The notes: generated by a model not told the origin, from the letters alone. Shown: positions 1 through 12,188, numbered from the stretch's first letter. The stretch: DNA of 64,000 nt from Macrostomum lignano (GCA_002269645.1 NIVC01000268.1:248001-312000); one strand, 5' to 3'. Numbers and translations are program-made.

Positions 1-2
1 CC

Positions 3-296
3 CTGAAGTACAGTCGCAACAAGGGCGACAACTGCTGCTTCATAGGCGAGCGCTGCGTACTTCTAGACGATGTTTCTCTCGACGGCACAGTAACTGGCAG
101 AATCCTAATTCCAGTCGAGGATATTTACACCTACCCATACCCGAGTTTGCAACTTGGAATAGGGCTGTACCGCGCTTCAGCAGACTCTATCAGTGGTCGG
201 CCAAAGCGAAAGTGCTGGATGCTTCCAAAGCGGGGGGCGTCTGCCGACACATGTCAACTATTCTATGTGGTGCCGCTAACAGGAAACGACGACTAA
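3..296 (+). mobile_element. C-terminal fragment of an EnSpm/CACTA-like (animal-type) transposase, 5' part outside the window
   Basis: Frame from 3 reads LKYSRNKGDNCCFIGERCVLLDDV...EDIYTYPYPSLQLGIGLY...KRKCWMLP...FYVVPLTGNDD*. This resembles the DNCC...F/YxYPxxSxxLGI...KxKCxxLP...FxVxPL tail of invertebrate EnSpm-like transposases (recognised by eye). Confidence 0.45.
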
Positions 297-1328
297 GTCG
301 TGTTTAGGTAATTCAGGCAGATATGGATTGATGATAGATAGGTATAGCATAGGTATAAGGATATATAGATAGACTAGCACTAGCAGTGTATTTCTTCCTA
401 TCTGTGCGTGTGCATTGTTATTTGATATTCGTTCATAAATTCAAATAATTAACCATATGTTCTGTGATTCAGGCAGAATTCTGGTCTTAGAAGATAATGG
501 GCAGCAAGTCAGGAAATAGGCGGGCCGCGGGACAATCTTTTGCTTGTATCAAAAATACCAACAAAAACCATGCGTTGCAAAAAAACAGTTCCCACAGCTT
601 TTCTGCGCAACCCAGACAAAGATTTTTTATTGCCAAGACCAGGAAGGATTCTTAGAGCAGTTGTTCTATTGAATCATATAGATCGATACCCCCTCAGAAC
701 AAACAAAGAGGTTTCCCCATCCGGGTCTTCTATTTCTCCCCTCTCTCTTATCTTATCAGTCGCTGATTTGAAAGGAGTTGCAGCTGTAGGACAGTCTAGG
801 AATAGCATGGAATATCGTAAATAGGTGGCAACTGATGCCATTGAAAAGTTTTTTTTACTGTCACTGTGATTATATAGTTTGTTGTTTGAGTTGAATAGTT
901 GAATACGAAGGCTGTCAATGCAAGCTTGAATGTGCAGAGTAAATTTATGGTCAAAATTTTGCAGTCTTCTGATCTCTCCGCTCTTCAGATCAAAGCGAAG
1001 GAAAATCGGATCAGCCTAAAGGAAGAGAAATTCTCGAAGAAGAATGGAAGCTACCAACTTGAAGCAGGATGTACGCTCGTAGACCGCAACTGATACGAAA
1101 ATAGATGCCGGATTTGATCAAACAAGAGCAATGGACTCATACTGCTAGTGCGGCGTGTAATGACTTATTTCAATTGTCAAAGTCAAGACTTAGTCTAGAA
1201 TTCGAATTGGGAAGTTAGAAACCCCAGAAAGTAGCTGAAATCTGGGAGACCCGGTCATAAGTGAATAGTCCCGAGCCTCGGTCCCTAAAAAATTACTGGT
1301 TGCGCTACTGAAACAGGGTGCTTTTAAC

Positions 1329-1372
1329 CAGGGACTTCTCTATATATCATAGATGCTATATAGAGGTCCCTG
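1329..1372. mobile_element. 44-bp palindromic hAT-like mini-element with 8-bp TSD
   Basis: CAGGGACTTCTCTATATA...TATATAGAGGTCCCTG terminal inverted repeats, flanked by identical CTTTTAAC at 1321-1328 and 1373-1380. Confidence 0.8.
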
Positions 1373-1429
1373 CTTTTAACGAACCCAGCAACAAAAATTC
1401 TGAGTCACCATTTTTTCCATTAACAAGCT

Positions 1430-1982
1430 CAGTAAGGTCAGTAAACTCCGGATGCGGGCCTCTCTAACCGGCCCTCGGGTTTTTTGAAACTTCACAATAG
1501 CAATCCGGCCCGCTCAAGTTTTGTCTCTTCTCAGCTCTTTCTTCTTCCTCTTCTCTTTTCTCCCTTCTCTCCTTTCTCCTCTTCTCTCTCCTTTCCCCTC
1601 TCTCCCTTTTCTCCTCTCTCCTCTCTCACTTTTCTCTCTCTCCTCTTCTCTCCCTTTTTCCCCTCTCCTCTTCTCTTGCCTCTCCCCTCTCCTCTTCTCT
1701 CCCCTTTTCCCCTCTCCTCTTCTCTTGCCTCTCCCCTCTCCTCTTCTCTCCCCTTTTCCCCTCTCCTCTTCTCTTGCCTCTGCCCTCTCTCTTTCTCCTG
1801 TCTCATTTATTTTCTCTTATATCTTCTCTCATCCCATCTCCCTCATCGCCTCTCTTCTCTCATCTTTAATTTTCTATTCCTTATCCTTTCTACCCTCATC
1901 TGGCCTGCCGCCATGAGCTGAATTCTTCTCTACCTGGTCTTTAGGGTTTAGGGTTTTAGCCTTTAGGGTTTTCCAACCCCTG
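1430..1982 (+). mobile_element. hAT-like non-autonomous element with internal CT-rich tract
   Basis: Left end ...GGTCAGTAAACTCCGGATGCGGGCC; right end GTTTTCCAACCCCTG (rc CAGGGGTTGGAAAAC); CT-rich tract about 1520-1870; left end shared with 4491 and 22943(-). No clear TSD. Confidence 0.5.
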
Positions 1983-3388
1983 GGCCTGCATGGACTAGAG
2001 GTAAATTCTTTGCCTTTAATTGAACTTTTTGCCTTCAACTAAATTCCTACTCGTTGCTACGAGTATCAGTGACCTTTACTTTATAGAAATATAAAGTATA
2101 TTTCTTTTCTTCTTAACTTTATTTCAACTTTAACTTTATTTCAATAAAGAATTAGTAATAGATGCAACCCAGCTGTAGTGGAATCAATCAGCTGCTATGA
2201 TTTCTCGACTCCACCTCGCATGCATCTGCCGAAAAAACTTACTAGCTTGTAGCTTGTGCGACTGTGAACTGGCAATATCGGTACACAGACTGAAACCTCG
2301 AGAACGCTAGACTGTTTTTTTCTTTGTTCAGCTTTTCTCTCTGGGTTTTGCTTTGTTGAAGGCCTTTTTTAAGTATCAAAACCAAGATTTATAGCTGTAG
2401 CTTGCATACGCTCGTAGCTAAATATACATCGTAGAACTCATTCTATTCAAGGTCTGTGAACCCTGGCCTGGGCCAACGCCTGGATCAAACAAAGGGGCTC
2501 GAAATAAGCTTTTTTTCTTTTTTGGGTATGACCAGAGACAGCTGGTGTGGGTGGCCATAAAAACGTCAGAAGGAGAGGCTCGAGAGGCTTTAAGTCAGTT
2601 TGAAATAAAATTGATACATACTTCCCCACCAACACACTTGCCCGCTTCTTTGCTATTAACTATCAAACTGGCCTTTGAAATGGTTCCTTTTCTGTCCAAC
2701 TCAGTCTCCCATAAAGTAAACAATCATATAACTTTTAATCTAGTTTGTAGTTCAGTTCACTGCTTCCACCAATGAAACAGAAAAGTAACATTTTTGGCGC
2801 AGCCAGAAATTTGAATCCTTTGGGGAGTGGTGAAGGGTTTGGGCCAGTACAATATCGAAAATATCTATTTCCTTGCATTTCCTAGGTCTCCTGTCGCCCC
2901 TTTGCTGTGCCAACACCAAAACAAGGACTATGTTAGTGTGTTCAAGCCCAAGCCATTTTATATTCTATGTCATAAATTCCGCGTTGTCAAAGCCAACTTG
3001 CTTTAATACCAGCCTCCCCTCGTTCTCAAATATAAAGCTTTTGTCCGGCTCTGTTGAGTATTCATCTGCGAATATCATACAATAATTTTTGCCTGCACAA
3101 CTAGTGTATGCTAAGGTCACAACAGACTACTTCAGTACTTTACAGCCCAGGACGTTACTCGCGAATGGTAGAAATCCTAGAAAAGGCCGCTTGCTTTAGC
3201 TGTGTCTATGGCTTTTGAATAAGCCTTTTCAATAAAGAAGCAAGCGCTATTATGAATACGAATATATCTAGTGATAGATAATTATAGATAGTTAAATAGT
3301 CCTTGTACTTTGTACCTAAATAGAGAGACAAACTAAAATTCCCAAATTACACTACAGATAAATCGAACTTAATCAGCGCACCCTCAAG

Positions 3389-3565
3389 CAGGCGCGGATC
3401 CAGAAAATTTTTGAGGAGTGGGCCAAGCTATACCAAGCACTACAATCCCATATTGGAAAATATACCTGGCATAGTAGCAGGCCAAAAAAGTATGATCAAA
3501 ATTTCTTTGGCCGCGGCTGAGGGGGGGCTATGGCCCCCTTGGACCCCCCTCTGGATCCGCCCCTG
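3389..3565. mobile_element. MITE with 15-bp TIRs (Harbinger-like GGCGGATCCAG ends)
   Basis: CAGGCGCGGATCCAG at 3389-3403 vs CTGGATCCGCCCCTG at 3551-3565 (14/15 inverted match). No TSD found. Confidence 0.6.
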
Positions 3566-4490
3566 CCCCCAAGAGCTTTTTTCTGAAAACAAAATTCGTT
3601 CATTTCTTGTCATTGAGTTGGCTATATCAATAATTTCAGCATTAAACAGCTGTTAAATTGACCAAATTTGAGTTTTGAGAACTAGTTGATTGAATAATTA
3701 AATCTGATTTATTACATGTAACTCGTTACTAACTCAATATTTACTCTTTACGCCATCAATACCCATGTGAATGTTACAGTACTTTTTACAATTTAATTAC
3801 AAAGTTTAGCCTTTCAACAACGTCTATATGCTGTTTTGCATGCTTGTCCTGTCTTACATTTACAATTATAAACAAACTATCTGTTCGTATCAATCTGGGT
3901 AGTATCAATCTTTCTATACTTCGAAATTTGGATTTCTTCAGATTATCCTCTGAAACGAAAGGGTTGATATTTTTTAGCAAATGTATACTTTCTCATTACA
4001 ATGTTAAAAGAGCATTTAAAGACAGCGGGGATCGGGGAACCAGCAAAAACTAGAGAAAACAGATGGAGAGAGGAGGGGGGCAATTCTGGCAAGAGAGGGA
4101 GGATGGAATGACTATGAGGGAACAGCAGAAGAGAAGCCAGGAATAACATGCAGAGTGAGAATAGACCGAAGAAAGGGAGGACATAATGAACAAAGGGAGA
4201 GGGGCGTGTGGACAGATGGAGGGAGTGAGAGGAATAGTTAATAGATGGTGAGAGGACTGATGGAAGAGAAGAAAAGAAGAGAGGCAATACAATTCTGCTG
4301 AAATCAACGAACAGAATCAAATGGTGAACAAATTTGGTTTCTCTTAAATTCCCATCATTTAAATTCCCATCCCACTATTTAAACATATTTTTAAATCTAA
4401 GAAGCAGCAGAAATACAGTTCAAGCTAAAATTGGGGAGAGGTTGGAACTTGGAATGCTTCCTGTCCAATGTTCGAGGTTTCCGTCAATGC

Positions 4491-4640
4491 CAGGAGTAGG
4501 CAAACTCCGGTCCGAGGGCTTGTGAAACTTCACAATAGCAATCCGGCCAGCTCAATGCTCATAACTCTTCTCAGCTCTCCTCTCTCCTCTCATCTCTCTC
4601 TCCTCTTTCCTCTTTCCTTTCTCCTCTTCAGTCTCCTCTA
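4491..4640 (+). mobile_element. Partial copy of the hAT-like end plus CT-tract family
   Basis: CAGGAGTAGGCAAACTCCGGTCCGAGGGC followed by GAAACTTCACAATAGCAATCCGGCC, which is also at 1486-1510, then a CT-rich tract. Confidence 0.55.
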
Positions 4641-5308
4641 AATATGAGGGTAAGGGTTGAAGTGCTTGTATATTGAAAAATGTGATTCGACTGGCATAAC
4701 TTTGAAAATGGTACCGGAATTTATTCACACTGGTCAATATCTGATAAATCAAGTCTGAAAATCGATTAGCTTAAGACCAGTGTGACCTATGTGTGAAATG
4801 AGCACCCGATTAGCATCAGTCTGAGTCAGCTGTACGATGTGACGCAGTAACACTACGAGGCAAAATAATTTTCTATCATTGCTGCTCTACTATAAGTAGA
4901 AACTTGAAGAAAAAAACGAGGCAGATTTTCTGCAACAATTTTTTGTATTTCAGTGTAAAATCATGCATACACTATGTTACTAAAATAACTGCTTTTGATG
5001 CGTTAATAATAAACAAAGGACGTTAATATCATAAAAATATTGCTATGTGTGCAGTGCTGAACAATTGGCTTTCATTTTAACAAATAATTTCAATAAATTT
5101 GCACAGTCGCCCAATCAGTGCGCCCAAAGGATTGTGAAGCGTACTAAGCTGAGCAACATTTAAATATGATTTCTTTTATTTTAATTTTGTTTAAACATCC
5201 TGAAAATTAAGTTTTGAGGATAATCCACATAGCTTGACTAGAAAAAAGAACCTTTTAATATTTTTCAGGGCGCATCCCTGGCGTACCTTAGGCGTACTAC
5301 GCCCACAG

Positions 5309-5510
5309 TGCGCTCGATTTTTTTTCCCCACTGGGTAGCATTGTGCTTTCCAGGAATCAGTTTGTCCATTTCCCGCCCGGCGGCCCGTCTCAGTTCACCA
5401 ACTGCCTATCAGTGGCTATGGATCACAACGAGATTGGTTCGATTCCTGTTGGCGTGTTCAGCACAGCCAGGCATCTCACTAAATTGGATCTTAATACTAA
5501 CGATATACAG
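5309..5510 (+). CDS. SHOC2: SHOC2/Sur-8-like LRR protein, internal exon (5' boundary uncertain, 5292-5331)
   Basis: Reads LGSIVLSRNQFVHFPPGGPSQFTNCLSVAMDHNEIGSIPVGVFSTARHLTKLDLNTNDIQ, matching the SHOC2 signature (L.RN.F..YP.GGPSQF...MEHN.I..IP.GIFSRA..L.KL). Phase-0 donor CAG|GTGCGA at 5510/5511. Confidence 0.8.
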
Positions 5511-5689
5511 GTGCGACTGGTGCTTATTTGGGCTTATTAATTTACTTTACTGGGTCGAAATTATATTTTAAGTTAAATATATTTAGTTTAGTTCATATTC
5601 GTAGTTTGGGTCATATATAGGGTAGTTAAATTCATGAAGTCTAGGTCATAGACAGTTTTAATCATGGATAGTCTTGGTCATAGATTGTT

Positions 5690-6490
5690 TGGGTCATGGA
5701 TTGCTTGGGTCATGGATTGCTTGGGTCATGGATAGTTTGGTTTATGGATTGCTTGGGTCATGGATAGTTTGGTTTATGGATTGTTTGGGTCATGGATAGC
5801 TTGGATCATAGGAAGAGTCATGGATAGCTTGGATCATAGGAAGAGTCATGGATAGCTTAGATCATGGGAAGAGTCATGGATAGCTTGGATCATAGGAAGA
5901 GTCATGAATAGCTTAGATCATGGGAAGAGTCATGGATAGCTTCGGTCATAGGAAGAGTCATGGATAGCTTGGATCATGGAAAGAGTCATGGATAGCTTCG
6001 ATCATAGGAAGAGTCATGGATAGCTTCGGTCATAGGAAGAGTCATGGATAGCTTGGATCATAGGAAGAGTCATGGATAGCTTCGGTCATAGGAAGAGTCA
6101 TGGATAGCTTGGATCATAGGAAGAGTCATGGATAGCTTCGATCATAGGAAGAGTCATGGATAGCTTCGGTCATAGGAAGAGTCATGAATAGCTTAGATCA
6201 TGGGAAGAGTCATGGATAGCTTCGGTCATAGGAAGAGTCATGGATAGCTTGGATCATGGAAAGAGTCATGGATAGCTTCGATCATAGGAAGAGTCATGGA
6301 TAGCTTCGGTCATAGGAAGAGTCATGGATAGCTTGGATCATAGGAAGAGTCATGGATAGCTTCGATCATAGGAAGAGTCATGGATAGCTTCGGTCATAGG
6401 TAGAGTCATAGATAGCTTCGGTCATAGGTAGAGTCATAGATAGCTTCGGTCATAGGTAGAGTCATAGATAGCTTCGGTCATAGGTAGAGT
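5690..6490. repeat. Intronic minisatellite, 28-bp unit CATGGATAGCTTGGATCATAGGAAGAGT (16-bp precursor units at the 5' end)
   Basis: Tandem copies read directly; lies within the SHOC2-like intron 5511-6570. Confidence 0.95.
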
Positions 6491-6570
6491 CACGGATACA
6501 TTAGATATTTTGGTCATAGAAGTTCAGATTAAATGAAGTCACACAGAAATGCAATACCTGACTGCTGCAG

Positions 6571-7158
6571 GCCCTCGTACCGGAGGACATGATCAACATT
6601 CGCCAGCTAGTCGAGCTGGACCTTGGCAACAATCGTCTAACATGTATTCCGGACGAGATTGAACTGCTCCAACGATTGGAGACCCTTGTGCTCAGTCACA
6701 ATAGCATCAATAAATTGACAGAAAAGATTGGCGGCTGCGTCTGCCTGCGTAGATTAGAGTTGGAATATAACGAATTGGAAACTCTGCCAGCTGAGATCGG
6801 CCACCTGAGCGAGCTGCGGGAGATCAATCTGATCTCTAATAAGCTCGCCACCATACCGCTGGGCATCACCCTGTTGCCGTTGGTGGTGCTCCGCCTGAGC
6901 GAGAATTGCATACGCGAGGTGCCCAGAGAGATCGGTCACATGACCAATCTGAAAGAGCTCTACCTGAATGATAACAGAGATTTGGAGAACTTACCATCCA
7001 CTTTGTCGCTGTGCTCAAAGCTTGAACTGCTCAATATTGAGCACTGTCGGCTCAGTCTAATACCGACCGAGATTGTCTCATGCGGCTCCAATGTTGTCAT
7101 GCAGTTTCTCAAGCAGGTGTATAATTACGAGAAGAATTGTCACGTGCAAGAGTTGTGA
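6571..7158 (+). CDS. SHOC2: SHOC2/Sur-8-like LRR protein, last exon
   Basis: Acceptor CTGCAG|GCC at 6570/6571 is in phase with the previous exon. Consecutive LRRs end ...LYLNDNRDLENLPSTLSLCSKLELLNIEHCRLSLIPTEIVSCGSNVVMQFLK, matching the SHOC2 C-terminal cap. Stop at 7156-7158. Confidence 0.88.
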   Translation, partial: ALVPEDMINIRQLVELDLGNNRLTCIPDEIELLQRLETLVLSHNSINKLTEKIGGCVCLRRLELEYNELETLPAEIGHLSELREINLISNKLATIPLGITLLPLVVLRLSENCIREVPREIGHMTNLKELYLNDNRDLENLPSTLSLCSKLELLNIEHCRLSLIPTEIVSCGSNVVMQFLKQVYNYEKNCHVQEL

Positions 7159-7741
7159 CAATCTATTTGAGCTAAGCTGTCATTTGAGAACAGCTTCTAC
7201 GACAATATTTATGCTTTGTTTCAATTCATAACATTTATTCTGTTTTTGTAGATTCTAAAAAATAATACTCTACTTTATCTTGCTTACTATCAGTAGCAAG
7301 TAAAGAAACTTAGCGATTTTTTGCAAAAATTACTATAAAATCTACCGTAACCAAGAAAGTGGCACCGGCCTTGAAAATTTGTTAAACTATTTAACTTTTT
7401 GTTTACCGGTTATACACTAACTACATTACTTATATTTAGTAGTTTATTGCAGGCTTTTGTTTGACAATTTTTTTCCGCCGATTTACACTATAGAATTTTT
7501 ATTTTAGATGTGCAATCGCTTTAAGATGACTCTGTCGTCTTTGACTTGTGTCGTGAAATTAAGATTATAATCATTAGCGTAAGAAATTGCTCTGAAATTT
7601 ATGCATGCAGTTTATTAATTAAGCTATGCTTATACCTGTCTGTTAAACTTTAAACACTGTTTTTTAATCGATTGCATCAATTCTTTAGAAGCTGGTTGAA
7701 ATAAACCATTACACTTTGTTAAGTATTGGACAAGTCGATAG

Positions 7742-7955
7742 GACAGACACTGAAAAACAGACACTGGCAGGCAGACATTGACAGACAGACAGTGGCAGAC
7801 AGACACTGGCAGGCAGACATTGACAGACAGACAGTGGCAGACAGACACTGGCAGACAGACACTGGCAGACAGACACTGGCAGACAGACACTAGCAGACAG
7901 ACACTGGCAGACAGACACTGACAGACAGACACTGGCAGACACTAGAACTGACAGA
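7742..7955. repeat. 14-bp-unit minisatellite (GACAGACACTGGCA) with GACA microsatellite
   Basis: Tandem copies read directly. Confidence 0.9.
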
Positions 7956-8969
7956 CCCCGAGTCGTTGACCTAGTTCATTTTTGTTTGCGCAATGTTCAA
8001 CAGATTTATGGGCTATTCTCAATTCTTGTTTTTGGTTTTGGCACCTATATATTTATTAGTTGCTTCTGCTCATGCTAATTATTCTCAGATGTTTTCTATT
8101 ACGGAGAAGTTTATATTTTTAATCCTATCCTTAGGTTTATTTAGCTTGCTGAAAGCCTTTTTGTCCTGTTCCTTAGCTTTTTGTGCAAGGCGCAAAAGTC
8201 GGTAATAAATAAATACACTATTTATTGAAATATTTATTAATATTTAGCCTATATATAGCCTAATTGTCTCCATGTGACCTTGCACTATTTTTCTAAACTT
8301 ATCATGTATATATTAATAATTAATTGATAGATTTCTAATCCTGCACGTCAGGCTGCTACAATATTTAAATAATCATATAATCCTGAATAATTAATATTTT
8401 TACTAATGCTTGTACATATTTTATCGGAATTTATCTTCTTAAAATCTACTTTATAAGTTAGTTTCAATTTTTGAATGCAACAAAACAAAAAACAATTAGC
8501 GCTAGGCCTTTTCCTCGCTCGTTTTGCGCATCCGGAAAGTGACCGCCGAAACCCATTTTTACACAAACATTTTTTAAAAATTTATATAGCAGCAAAATGT
8601 ACTGGATAAAACTTGCAGATCAGTGCAATAGTAAATTAATATTAATTCACGTAGATAATTTTAATTTTTATTAGAACAGCCTCCTTGAGCGCTTGCTGTA
8701 TTAGGCGCCATTTATTTCTTTTTGCTGCTTTTGTCCTTTTGTCCACCTTGTAAATAAACTTTTCCCTAAAGTTTGAAAAAAATTAAATATATTTCATAAC
8801 TTTAAACTTTATCCTTATGGCAAACATTCTTGGCATTGTTTCTTAATGTTTTTTGTCTTTAAAGCTGTATTACACTTCAAGTGCACACCCGTTTGTCTTG
8901 TAATAAAATTATTGATGCATGTTTCGTCACTTCAGCCAACTGAACCTCCGCTAAGCAATTGCTAAAGCA

Positions 8970-9046
8970 ATGTCGGCTGGCAGAGCATCTACCGGAAAAT
9001 GCTACGAATGCGGCTGTGTGTGTCACAATTGTTCCAGTAGTCATGA
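8970..9046 (+). CDS. TJAP1: TJAP1/BEGAIN-like coiled-coil protein, exon 1
   Basis: ATG at 8970; reads MSAGRASTGKCYECGCVCHNCSSSH; phase-2 donor GA|GTGAGT at 9046/9047 joins in frame to exon 2 (GA+C = Asp). Confidence 0.7.
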
Positions 9047-9224
9047 GTGAGTTTTATTCACAAATTATATTAATTTTTATTTTCAACAATTACGAGCTCG
9101 TATCGCCAATTATCACCGGTTATTGTGAACTTTTTAAGAACCGCCATTCAATTATTTGATCTCTTAAAGACGTGTCATTCGGTTCATTTGATCTTTAAAA
9201 ACACCGTTTTTATGTTCCTTTGAT

Positions 9225-9765
9225 CTCTTATAATGCCGCCATTCAGTTCATTTGATCTTACATAATGCCGCCATTCAGTTCATTTGATCTTACATAATTC
9301 CGCCATTCAGTTCTTTTGATCTTACATAATGCCGCCATTCAGTTCCTTTGATCTTATATGATGCCGCCATTCATTTCATTTGATCTTACATAATGTCGCC
9401 ATTCAGTTCATTTGATCTTACATAATGCCGCCATTCAGTTCTTTTGATCTTACATAATGCCGCCATTCAGTTCATTTGATCTTACATAATTCCGCCATTC
9501 AGTTCTTTTGATCTTACATAATGCCGCCATTCAGTTCCTTTGATCTTATATGATGCCGCCATTCATTTCATTTGATCTTACATAATGTCGCCATTCAGTT
9601 CATTTGATCTTACATAATGCCGCCATTCAGTTCTTTTGATCTTACATAATGCCGCCATTCAGTTCTTTTGATCTTACATAATGCCGCCATTCAGTTCTTT
9701 TGATCTTACATAATGCCGCCATTCAGTTCGTTTGATCTTACATAATGCCGCCATTCAGTTTGAAT
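9225..9765. repeat. Intronic minisatellite, 32-bp unit CTTACATAATGCCGCCATTCAGTTCATTTGAT
   Basis: About 17 tandem copies in TJAP1-like intron 1. Confidence 0.95.
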
Positions 9766-9963
9766 CGTATTAGATACCAAATTAAGGTTCCTTTGATCTT
9801 TTATAAAGCCGCCGTTTCACTCAAATCATAGACCACTACCCATTTTTTATCTTGAAATCGTCAATTCCTTATCTAATTTCGCCAGCCGCCAGTCACTTTA
9901 TCAGTTGGTAAATTATGATTTAATTATCTAATTCAAGCTTGAACCGCCCTCCCCCAACCCCAG

Positions 9964-10435
9964 CCTGGACTATCACCATCAAATCGAAGAGCTGCAGCGC
10001 CGACTACGCGATCAACGCCAGTGCCTTAGCCGTCTAGAGTCTGACTTGGCCAGCGAGCGAGACTCGCGCCGCTCCGACTCGGAGCGCCAGACCGAGGACC
10101 TAGCCAGACTGCGCGATCGCTACGACCGCCTATTGGAGTCGCACAAACGGCTTAGCCGAGTCAACGCCGGCCTAGAAGAGAAACTCTTAGACTTAGCCGG
10201 CAAGTTCGATGCCGAGCAGCGAACTCTGCTAGATAAATTAGCCAGCTCAGAGACTAAACTGGCCGAGGCTGAGCAGACTGTCGAACGGCTCAAAATTGAT
10301 CGGGAACGATGCAAAACCGAATGCGAAATTGCTGTTAGAATGCTGCGAGCAAGGCCGGATGCTTATTTAACAGACGAGGATGCTGCAGCCGGAGGCACTC
10401 TGCTGGATGATGAATTACCGGCCAGTCGGGCTCAG
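9964..10435 (+). CDS. TJAP1: TJAP1/BEGAIN-like coiled-coil protein, exon 2
   Basis: Acceptor CCCCAG|C at 9963/9964. DLDYHHQIEELQRRL...RYDRLLESHKRLSRVNAGLEEKLL...ERCKTECEIAVRML resembles the TJAP1/BEGAIN coiled coil (..RRLQ.S......N..LEDKL...ERYRLDCNLAVQLL). Donor CAG|GTAAG at 10435/10436. Confidence 0.75.
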
Positions 10436-10469
10436 GTAAGGCTTATGCATACCGTTTATTAGGCTTTAT

Positions 10470-11340
10470 TATCGAGGGTTTAGAGTGACTCATTATCCAG
10501 GGTTTAAAGTGACTCAAATTATCTGAGTTTAGAATGACATTATCGAGGGTTTAGAGTGACTCATTATCAAGGGTTTAGAGTGACTCATTATCAATGGTTT
10601 AGAGTGACTCATTATCAATGGTTTAGAGTGACTTATTATCGAGGGTTTATAGTGACATTATCGAGGGTTTATAGTGACATTATCGAGGGTTTAGAGTGAC
10701 ATTATCGAGGGTTTATAGTGACATTATCGAGGGTTTAGAGTGACTCATTATCAATGGTTTAGAGTGACTCATTATCAATGGTTTAGAGTGACTTATTATC
10801 AATGGTTTAGAGTGACTTATTATCGAGGGTTTATAGTGACATTATCGAGGGTTTATAGTGACATTATCGAGGGTTTAGAGTGACATTATCGAGGGTTTAG
10901 AGTGACTCATTATCGAGGGTTTAGAGTGACTCATTATCTGGGTTTGGAGTGACTCATTATCGAGGGTTTAGAGTGACTTATTATCGAGGGTTTAGAGTGA
11001 CTCATTATCGAGGGTTTAGGGTGACTCATTATCTGGGTTTGGAGTGACTCATTATCGAGGGTTTAGAGTGACTTATTATCGAGGGTTTAGGGTGACTCAT
11101 TATCTGGGTTTGGAGTGACTCATTATCGAGGGTTTAGAGTGACTTATTATCGATGGTTTGGAGTGACTCATTATCGAGGGTTTAGAGTGACTCATTATCT
11201 GGGTTTGGAGTGACTCATTATCGAGGGTTTGGAGTGACTCATTATCTGGGTTTGGAGTGACTCATTATCGAGGGTTTAGAGTGACTTATTATCGATGGTT
11301 TGGAGTGACTCATTATCCAGGTTTTAGAGTGACTCATTGA
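10470..11340. repeat. Intronic minisatellite, 24/22-bp unit GAGTGA(CT)CATTATCGAGGGTTTA
   Basis: Tandem copies in TJAP1-like intron 2. Confidence 0.95.
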
Positions 11341-11467
11341 GAATCAAAGTCAAAGGTTTAGAGTGTATAGCGACTTTTAATTTCGATTTGGAGTGACCCA
11401 TTAGCGATGTTAGGTTCATAATGACTCTTGTTTAGAATAAATGATTGTTTAATTCATTCATTTTCAG

Positions 11468-11701
11468 ACGGTTTCAACCTCGTCCTACATGACGGTGCCG
11501 CTACCCACGTTTCCGCCTACATTTGCGCACTTCCCAACTCATAGCAATGTTTATAGCGGCACATCTGGCCAGCAGCGCCTGCAGATGCACAGAGCGGCCA
11601 GCGTAGGCGACACGAAATCTCTGGTGGCGGCTGCCGACGCGCTTAGAAACGGACCTGACGCGACCAGTGTGGCAATCAGGAGAGGCATATTCGATGTCTG
11701 A
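11468..11701 (+). CDS. TJAP1: TJAP1/BEGAIN-like protein, exon 3 (last)
   Basis: Acceptor TTTTCAG|ACG at 11467/11468, phase 0; contains VPLPTFPPT (family PTFPPT-like motif); stop at 11699-11701, followed by an AT-rich 3' region. Confidence 0.7.
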   Translation, partial: TVSTSSYMTVPLPTFPPTFAHFPTHSNVYSGTSGQQRLQMHRAASVGDTKSLVAAADALRNGPDATSVAIRRGIFDV

Positions 11702-12188
11702 GTGTTATATTTTAGTTTATTTCTGCAATATTATTAATTAATTTATCGGATTTACCTGCCATATATGTTTCTTTATTATTTTGTTGTTGTAAAACAGAAA
11801 AAGAAAGCATACACTTTAAACTCTACTTACTTGCAGTAGGTTTGTCTGTCTGTCTGTTTATTTGCAATTACTTTTGATTTCAGTTAATTATTTAATCAGT
11901 TCTCTTTTGCAAGGTTTGATATGATGACTATACATTTAGATATGATAATTTCTGCTTTCAAGTCCATGACTTCCTGCCTTCCTCGACCTGTTTAGTTAAT
12001 TATAAACTGTATTGGCCTCTTTCAAACAGCATTAAAAATGCAGCTGCAAAATTATTAATTTTTCGCGTTTGTTAATGTCGACATACTTTTTACCACAGAT
12101 AATTTATTTGGATTTAAAAACAAGAATTATTTTTGTTAATCACTTCCATGCCAAACTGATTTATTATATTTGAAATACAATTGGTACA

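Noticed and set aside
1484-1921. Leu/Ser/Pro-rich and Glu/Arg/Gly-rich ORFs
   Set aside because: Translations of a CT microsatellite-like tract.
5690-6490. 28-32-bp tandem arrays as possible CRISPRs (also 9225-9765, 36040-37040)
   Set aside because: Head-to-tail units with no unique spacers, no cas genes, and a eukaryotic intronic context.
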